In this document: positions 56,401-64,000 of the stretch, one piece after another
Layout of the letters: each line of letters begins with the position of its first letter
Position numbering within the stretch: position 1 is the stretch's first letter
Assembly (NCBI GenBank): GCA_040954595.2
Contig: CM082582.2
Location: 10,407,483 to 10,471,482, forward strand
Length of the DNA: 64,000 bases
Source of the DNA: Balanoglossus misakiensis
Lineage: Eukaryota; Animalia; Hemichordata
Direction of reading: 5' to 3'
Notes under the pieces: generated by a model
What the model was told of the DNA's origin: nothing
The model's database searches: none
The model's input: only the letters and a program-made list of their open reading frames with translations
Made by a program: the position numbers and the translations under genes

Positions 56401-59400
56401 AGTTTGTACAGTTCTGTCAGTAAGTGGAGTATCTGTTCTGGATCATTACTGGTTATCAGCTTCTGTTCAAGCTGACCAATCAAGACAGCTTTGTTTTCTG
56501 AAAGAAATATCACAATATACACAATATTACTCTGTGACTTACTAGCCTCATTTTCGCATCGTCTTGGAAGGGTGGCCTCTTTACGTATACAACCTATTTT
56601 CCTTCATTTACCTGCTAATCCTTCTGTGGTTTGTTCTTCAATGGCGACCGGGCAGTTTGCCAGCTCATTCTGGTTTAGCTCTCTTTCAATTCTCACTATT
56701 TCCTCGTTACTGAACATCTCTTTGGCTTCACTGGCACAGAGCAACAGCCAGGCATTTTTGTGAACTAGGCAGAGTTCTCTGAAATAGAAATACAAAAGGC
56801 ATCAGTTTTTCTTTTTCAAATAACATGAATAGTGATAGTTCACTGACAATATAAATCATAATGCAATTTTTATTTCTGAATAACAAACCAAAGTTGGCAT
56901 AATTTAGGACCTCATACACTTAGTACTGCAAAAGTCAGGTTGTAATATTGTATTACCTCAGGAAAACTTTGACATTGGTTTGTTGCTGTTTGGTTGCATT
57001 CTCTGTACATTTCTTACAGATCTGGAACCAAAACACACGTGAACACACACTTTATATTATGACCACATTCATTAACTTTTAGGACACAGTGTATAATTAA
57101 ATTAGAACTCAGCACTGTTAATGTCTGAGGTGGGGTTAGGGGCTAGGGAGACATTCCATTGGACTGCACGAACAGATGTTCTTAACAACAGCTCAACTGT
57201 GTCACAGACAGGTCTCGCCCAAAGGTAAACATTCGTGTGAACTTTTATCGACATTCTGTGACACCTCAGTCTGACCTTGAGGACAGTGCGGTCTCTGTGG
57301 TCCGACTTCAAGGTCACACAGATGATTATGGCACATTCATTCATAAATACATACTGTGTACCAGTAAGTTCTATTCTGATTAGTAAACTCCCAAACCCCT
57401 CCAGTATTCTACATGTATAAACAGAAAACAAGAATTCTGTTGCATCAGGGGTGCCATGCCACAGGGTGGAATGAAGGTCAAATGAAGTGGATCATACGAC
57501 CTCAAAAGTGTGGACACCTCGGGTCCAACGAGAGGTCAACTTTTGGAGGTCACACGACTTAAACTGGGATATCAGGTTGAAATATCGGTCAGGAAGTGGA
57601 TATGTAGTTACAGCAATGTAACCTGGGAAGGTTTTTGCGTGTGTCCAATGAACACACCAGGCCTTCCACTTCCCAAGGAAAACAGCACGAAGATCCCATC
57701 CCGAGTGGATGGATTAATCCATTTTAGGCCAATGATGGGTAGCAGCTTTGACACTCTAAGATTGTCTGAATTACATGTCTCTGATAATCAAAAAGGTGAG
57801 CTGTTATTTGCAAAATAAAAGCTGACATTACTATATTGGCAAAAACGATGGGACACAAGTTTGTTAACACAATTCACAGCAACATGCTCCCTCTTCTGTC
57901 TCAATTAACAACCCCATTTGAAAATGGTTTATCCTGGACTATCTGTATCACTTACAAGGGCTTGGGGGGCCTTCACTTGGCTGTTTTCAAAATTGCTTAG
58001 TTCAGGGATTCAGGTCAAAGACACTCAGAAGTCAGAAATTTGTTGTGGTGTGTGCCAAAAGCAACAACATGTGTATGATAATGGTGTGATGATAGAAAAA
58101 ATAAAATCCACATGATCAGTTCTGTGAATATATATTTGGTGCTGTCAAGTTTTCATGTTAAAAATAGGTTGTGTTTTCAGTGTAGTGCTGAAGTGTATCA
58201 GTGTAATGTTGAAGTGTATCAATGTGATGCGAAAGTGTATCAATGTGATGCTAAAGTATATCAGTGTAGTGCTGAAGTGTATCAATGTGATGTACAAGTA
58301 TATCAATGTGATGCAAAAGTGTATCAATGTGATGCTAAAGTATATCAGTGTAGTGCTGAAGTGTATCAATGTGATCCAAAAGTGTATCAGTGTATTTTAT
58401 GCACTGAAATGTCATGTTATGATAGCATTGTACCCATTGACGCATGATATCCCATGAGTGTAATTGTGCCCAAAGGGCACATTGAAAAATTGAGATGAGA
58501 AGCCAGGATTCAAATGTACACGTTGCTGGATTTTTCCTTTTTGTCTCTGCTCTCTGCTCAGTATCTTTTTTCTTGCCAACTGTGGCCGATTTTTTCAAAG
58601 ATGTCTAATCAGAATCTGTTGGGTGTTTTTGTGCAGAACTCATGCAGACCTTCAATATGGTTCAGCCCTTAGTAACGCCACCTACATATTTTATATTAGC
58701 AGTAATCAAGTCGAACACATACCACATGATCTAGTTCAGCATCACACTTGACCTGATAATACTCCATAACCCAGATTGAACATCAGACTTGACCTGGTAT
58801 AAATTCCATGACCAGCTTCAGCATCCGACTTAACCCAAATATACAAGTAACCTAAATAATGGAGTTTATCTGTGCCATGGCCCACTCACACATACTCTGA
58901 TTTCAGGTGTTTAAAGCATGGGCTTTTTTAAAAATCTGGGTTAATCAAATTTGCCCCTGAATCACACATAGTGAGTTTATTGCTATCCTAGGTGGTTAGA
59001 CAGCTACGGTATCTACGATGTTTTGACAGTGGAATACTTAGTGGTCGTTCAGCCTGTCAAAACAGGCTCGAATCACTTGAATACACTGCAATTACTTCTT
59101 TTCAATATTGTTTCGGGAGAACACTTTGATGAAACGAAAAAAATGGCTTCATTCAATATGACAGAACAATATGCTTTCAGTAAAAAGCAAGCACTGCTGT
59201 CACCACTGTGCACAATGCCACACCCCTTTCAGTGCAATGGTTTGTCCTATGCGTTGCTCAACTACTTCACACCCTTTCAGTGCAATGGTCCGTCCCGAGT
59301 GCAGCTCAACTAGTTTACATGGCATCAGCTGGTTGTGATGATTTAGAAGTCTTACAAGTGAATGAAATTTGCACAGGCATACTGTCAAAGTAGGTGGCAT

Positions 59401-62400
59401 TTGGATTTGTTGACTGTGAGAAGTGTGCTTGTTCCTGCTCTGTTGGATATACTGGATTTTAGTATTTTTTGTAATTTTATTGGTATTTTAAAAATGATTT
59501 GAAAAAAAAAACACGGTGAAACAGGACCAACCTGGAAGAGTTGATTCCACTCTTCATTCCCAGCAGATGCCAGACTTGCCCTGTAATTGGGCGCCACCGG
59601 ATAACCACACTTGAGCAGCCGGACAGCGTTACAGGTGCACACTTGGAAGTACAGGCCTGTCGGGGATGGAGCGGCGTCTTCAAGGAGGACCTCGGCTTCC
59701 AGAGCATTCCTGAAAGCCATGGGCGTTTCCATCAGCTGGTTGTCCTCTATGAGGAGATCGACTAAACCCTATGGCAAGAGAATTATATCATGGTTTATTA
59801 CGACTGCTGAGAGATGGGTCTTGGCTTTTCTCACTTGATATGATATTGCTTTATAGGGTTTCAAGGAGGAGGAAGGGGATTTACTTATCCGGAAGAACTT
59901 CATTTATACCTGAAAGTTGTCCCTCCTGCTCTGTTCTAACCGCTGGTGGAGTGATGTCACTGTCGTCGAAGTAACGGGAAAGTCCCTTAGAGATCTGCAT
60001 GCTGCGCAGTAACCAGAAAACTTGGCCATGTCAATGAAACAGTACACTGGGCTATCAATCTGCAAGGAAACAAAGATATACAATGTAGTTAAACAATCAA
60101 ATGGGAAATACACACATATTTCACTTTTGAAGGAATGTTGAAGAGGAAAATGTCTCAAGCGACTGACACAAATGATAATTTTGTTGTGTTATTATCTACC
60201 TTTGGCAGTAATTCTGACACCAGGGCAAACTTATCCGCTGCCTCCTGAAACCGATTCTGCTGGAAGTAAACAGCACCAAGATCATAGGCAACCTGGCAAT
60301 GTAGCTCAGTTGCTTTGACCACAGACGACTGGGAGTTCTCGAACATCGAGACGGGGGCATCACCACTGGCACTGGTTTCACTTGCTGAGGTCGTCTCATC
60401 GGTCGAGTCAGCAAGTTTACAGATGGCCTGTGGAGTTGGTAGTTTGACGTCTCTGTCCGCCTTCAGCAGATGCTCAAGCACAGCGATAGAATTGCCTACT
60501 GATTCACAAACCTGCAACATGAGGAAAGAAGTGACACTTTTGCCCTGAATTTCAGGTCAAGACACCCTGTAGCAATTCATCATCACTGGTAGTCTACCAG
60601 TCACAGCTGCATGAGGTTTAGATGAATCTCACGTGTGTTCGTATGTGCAACACTTGAACAGTGTGAACATGCAATGAAAAAATGGAAAGTGCATCTTACG
60701 GTCTTCAAGATGTTCTCTTTGACATTGGGCTGGACTTGAGCTATCTCTGGCACTCTGAAACAAAGAACAGTGATTGTCTTGAAAATTTTGTTGAGTGACT
60801 TTAATAGGGATAGGAGTGAATTTTCCAGATGAAAATGCTGTGTGAAAGTATTACTAACAGTGAACAGTAGTATACATACCCCTGTAGAGCACTGGGCTTG
60901 GATGGCTTGACTGGGAAACTTTCCAGCACTACCAATCGTATACACCTGCAACATATTAACATCATGAAAGCCATCAAAATTTACCGAGTTCTGAATCTTA
61001 TCTCTTAACACAATGATGTATTAAGTGTATGTTGGTAGGGTTAAAAGGGGTCCGTGTGCCTTACCATCTATGATATGTGATCAATGCTATGGCTTTGTTG
61101 TCATCCATTGCAGAAAAATCTAAGGTTTCCACGGCAACATCTACCGGGGTCTGGGTGTGTCTCAGGAAATCTGTCAGCAAGCTATGGGCTAAGTGGATTG
61201 GTAAACTGAAACAAAGATGGCAAACATTACTTGGTGATGACCAAAGTGCGTTTTTCGTTACTTGCATTTTACAGCAGTTCAAGAAAATTCAGCCCCGTGC
61301 TAATGTTATTTCAACTCTTTCACTCATAGTATTTCACTGTACACATCGGCAAGACCATACAACGGACAACAAGGTAGTACAAGACAATTGCCTGTGTGAA
61401 CGATGAACAACACAAACCTGGTCTGAATGATGGACAAATTCCAGTTCAGATGCGCTGCCGTCTGCAACGCCAGACTTTTCAACATTTTGGTCCGTTTCTT
61501 CTCAGTGGCACTGGTGGCGACAGGATTGGCATTATTCTGAGGCGTGGCCCCGCCAGCAGCGTTGACTTCGGCGTTCTGCCACAAATTCGGCTGGCCTGCC
61601 TGCGCTATCGCATGCTCCAAGAAACTGCCAAGCAACAGAACAGGGCTGGGATCTACAATATCAAGACAAAGGACGGCGTTCACAGAGTTAGACAGACTAA
61701 TAGTGCTACTGATACTGATTGTTTGACATTTAGAATATAATGTAATTGCCTCTTCAGATCATCTCCATCCTTGAAGAGACTCTTCTTCTTGTAATCAGGT
61801 GATTAGAGTATAAGCCCACTGTGTCAGATGTTAATGGCGTACTCTGGGGGCGATTTCTCTGTGTTGCATAAGAATCACGGCACAATACACACTTCCCACC
61901 TGAAAACTCCATCACCACTGCACCCTCAATTTCCTCATTAACACCGACATCACAAAGTCATTAACACATTCACTAAAATACCACCATCTGGAAACCTCAC
62001 CCTCTTTCAACCTTTAACATTCAAATCCCAAGTGCAAATCAAGGAAGATTCCCTGGCGCCACATGGAACCTGTCTCCTTTTGATGTCTGTCTCCTTTGCC
62101 AGAGAATATCACATTACACGCATTACATCATTTATCTCTCTGTTGCCAAGGAAACATATTATTTTCTCAGAATCATTAAAATATCGCTCTGAGGCAGTAG
62201 GATTTTCCCAGGTCAATGTATTACTGCATACATGATTATGAGTGATATCATGAAACACAGTTACTGTGCAAAGAGCCAGGGTTTATTTTTTGTTTCCATA
62301 CTGCAGCAGAGTGGGGTTAGTTTGCAAAGCTCCAGTTGTTCTGTGAGGGCGCTATTGAAAAATGTGATTGGCAAGTACAAGGTGAACAGTAACCATGGTA

Positions 62401-62705
62401 ACCATTTCCATTGCTGGAAATGATTTTTGTTTAATTTCCATGCAAACTCAAATCCCTGAGAACTAAATGAATAAATAAATAAATCGATCGATCTATCAAT
62501 TTGTAAATAGTACGGTACGTTCGAACAATCAATTTTCCCAATTGATTTATAGAGGAGAATGAAATCCGTGAGTACCTGGATTATCATCGGACAGGTGTTC
62601 ATCCAGCAATCCTGGGTTTAGTATAAACTCATACCACACAACGGGGAGCGTGGTTGAAACATCGTTCCTGTTCGGTCTGGGGCTGGAGACTGCCGCTTCA
62701 TTCAT
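53495..62705 (-). CDS. INTS8: Integrator complex subunit 8, multi-exon
   Basis: Exon 1 (62705-62576) contains WYEFIL...LLDEHL; DPSPVLLLGSFLEHA; LKSLALQTAAHLNWNL; CQVAYDLG; C-terminal YDAMDSLYEYIWDVTILEFL and ELNSFNPEEILNQASQTRKNKFLQAMAKQYL. Confidence 0.96.
53784..53940 (-). other. U12-type (minor spliceosome) GT-AG intron in INTS8
   Basis: 5' site GTATCCTTT, branch-point-like TTTCCTCAGC about 15 nt before the AG. Splicing restores ILEFLV-Y-NHNKHGE. Confidence 0.88.
58178..58393. repeat. 21-bp minisatellite, about 10 copies, in the long INTS8 intron
   Basis: Unit approximately CAATGTGATGCTAAAGTGTAT repeated head to tail. Confidence 0.95.
58733..58845. repeat. Degenerate ~41-bp tandem repeat, about 3 copies
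   Basis: Recurring TTCAGCATC..ACTTGACCTG..TA..TCCAT.ACC. Confidence 0.6.
59220..59316. repeat. ~48-bp tandem duplication
   Basis: CACCCTTTCAGTGCAATGGT...GCTCAACTA occurs twice. Confidence 0.8.
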
Positions 62706-63065
62706 CTGTGGTGTCCTTTTTATAAGTACTTCACAGATCGGTCACAGCAATGCACTCTGAAAGTCTGTAACCGTCACGATCTGGTCCTAGATGTTGTTAT
62801 TGGTACAATGTGTACGATGACGGACGGACATCAACAATCTACCGGCTTCCCCCGGGGTTAAAGGTCAGAGTAATTAACACCGTCTGCTCTGTAAGTGTAT
62901 GCTTCCCTAGAGAGTCGTGGATCCGTTGCAAAAACCTAACAAATATGGAAACTCACTTTATTGACAGACGTGTATTTTATATCTCCAAAGAAACCGTGGG
63001 TCCCCAAGAATGTTAAAACGGAAGTAGTACTTATTTACCGAAGTGCATTATAGGTAATCAGAAAG
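62706..63065. promoter_or_regulatory. Bidirectional promoter INTS8/CIAO2B
   Basis: Divergent ATGs 360 bp apart; ETS-like CGGAAGT near 63019. Confidence 0.65.
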
Positions 63066-63744
63066 ATGTCGGGGAAAGATAGGCTGGAAAACGTGAACCC
63101 CACGATACACCAGCGACTCGGAGATCGAGAGATTACTCCTGAAGAACTGGATGACGATGTTGTCGATGGAATAGACGCTAGAGAAGTATTTGATATCCTT
63201 TTACTCAGGTCGAGCGACAAGTTAGTACAGTTGAAGTTTACATAGATGTAGCCAGCTGAGTTAGCCTCTTTTTTCTTAACTATTCATACATCTGATTCGT
63301 AACATCAGTGATCCTGAACATCCACTGTCTTTAGAAGATCTCCATGTACTAGAACATTCACAAGTTGAGGTATGTCAAACTCTGGTATTTTCTTGTCATC
63401 TCAGCTCATTTTTGTGTTCTTGTGTGTGTGTGTGTGTGTGTGTGTGTGAGAGATATATATATATGACGCCCTCTATCAAATACACTTTCATTCTTTTGTT
63501 TATTGGAACAAAAAGTTGTAATGGTATGCTTTGTTGTGACAAGACAACATGGTTTATTTCTCCTGAAATAGCTGCAGAAATAAAATCCAATTTTTTTATC
63601 ACTGGATTATGTTTTAAGGTGGATGATGCAGACAGCCGGGTCAAAGTTCATTTTACTCCCACAATACCTCACTGTAGTATGGCAACCCTGATTGGTCTGT
63701 CAATACGCGTCAAGTTGCTGAGAGCTTTACCATCAAGATTCAAG
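63066..63744 (+). CDS. CIAO2B: Cytosolic iron-sulfur assembly component 2B (FAM96B/MIP18), partial; 3' exons lie beyond the window
   Basis: Exons 63066-63192, 63290-63369, 63619-63744: LENVNPTI...[29 protein letters not shown]...[33 protein letters not shown]. Confidence 0.96.
63193..63289 (+). other. U12-type AT-AC intron in CIAO2B
   Basis: 5' ATATCCTTTT, branch point TTCTTAAC at 63273-63280, 3' end TAC. Removal restores [15 protein letters not shown]. Confidence 0.95.
63421..63448. repeat. (TG)n microsatellite
   Basis: About 14 TG units in CIAO2B intron 2. Confidence 0.95.
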
Positions 63745-64000
63745 GTGAGTCAAACCCCACCACTTTGTAATTTCAATCCGCCAAAATCCAGAGCAGGACC
63801 ATAAAGATCACACTTCACTACAGAAATAACAATCACGTCTCATAGTTTCAAAATTGAATGTGACATGTAGGTGTTTCATGTAATATACATGCATTCAGTA
63901 CTTTCACATTGCACTTGTAGAGTCTTTAATGTTGTTTGTACTTGATTCTTTTTGATTACCTGAATTCACAGATGATTTACCTCGCATCCATTTGTCACAA

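Noticed and set aside
58178-58393. CRISPR array
   Set aside because: Head-to-tail units with no unique spacers, eukaryotic intron context and no cas genes.

Overview
Eukaryotic, intron-rich and gene-dense DNA from an invertebrate bilaterian (species not determinable from sequence). There are no prokaryotic features, CRISPR arrays or recognisable rRNA/tRNA genes. Ten conserved housekeeping genes can be assembled by hand from GT-AG exons: NSMAF(+), ENY2(-), CTNNBL1(+), EIF2AK1/HRI(-), NAE1(+), UQCRFS1(-), ZC3H18(+), SNX20/21(+), INTS8(-) and the 5' part of CIAO2B(+). Eight of them form four head-to-head pairs. Two CpG-rich, TATA-driven loci stand out. (1) An unrecognised multi-exon gene at 3534-6096(-), largely invisible in the ORF track, encodes a signal peptide, an unknown domain, an S/T/P-rich stalk and a GPI-type C-terminus. 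(2) A GPX1/2-type glutathione peroxidase homologue at 23758-29012(-) has its catalytic Sec/Cys replaced by Asp and its catalytic Gln by Lys, carries a long disordered N-terminus, and has RFX X-box motifs in its 4.2-kb intron, suggesting a pseudoenzyme that may be ciliary. Also seen: two minor-spliceosome (U12) introns, two GC-AG introns, an HRI lacking the mammalian heme-ligand motifs, a Helentron-type non-autonomous element behind CTNNBL1, and several minisatellites. All homology calls are from recalled motifs; no database search was run.
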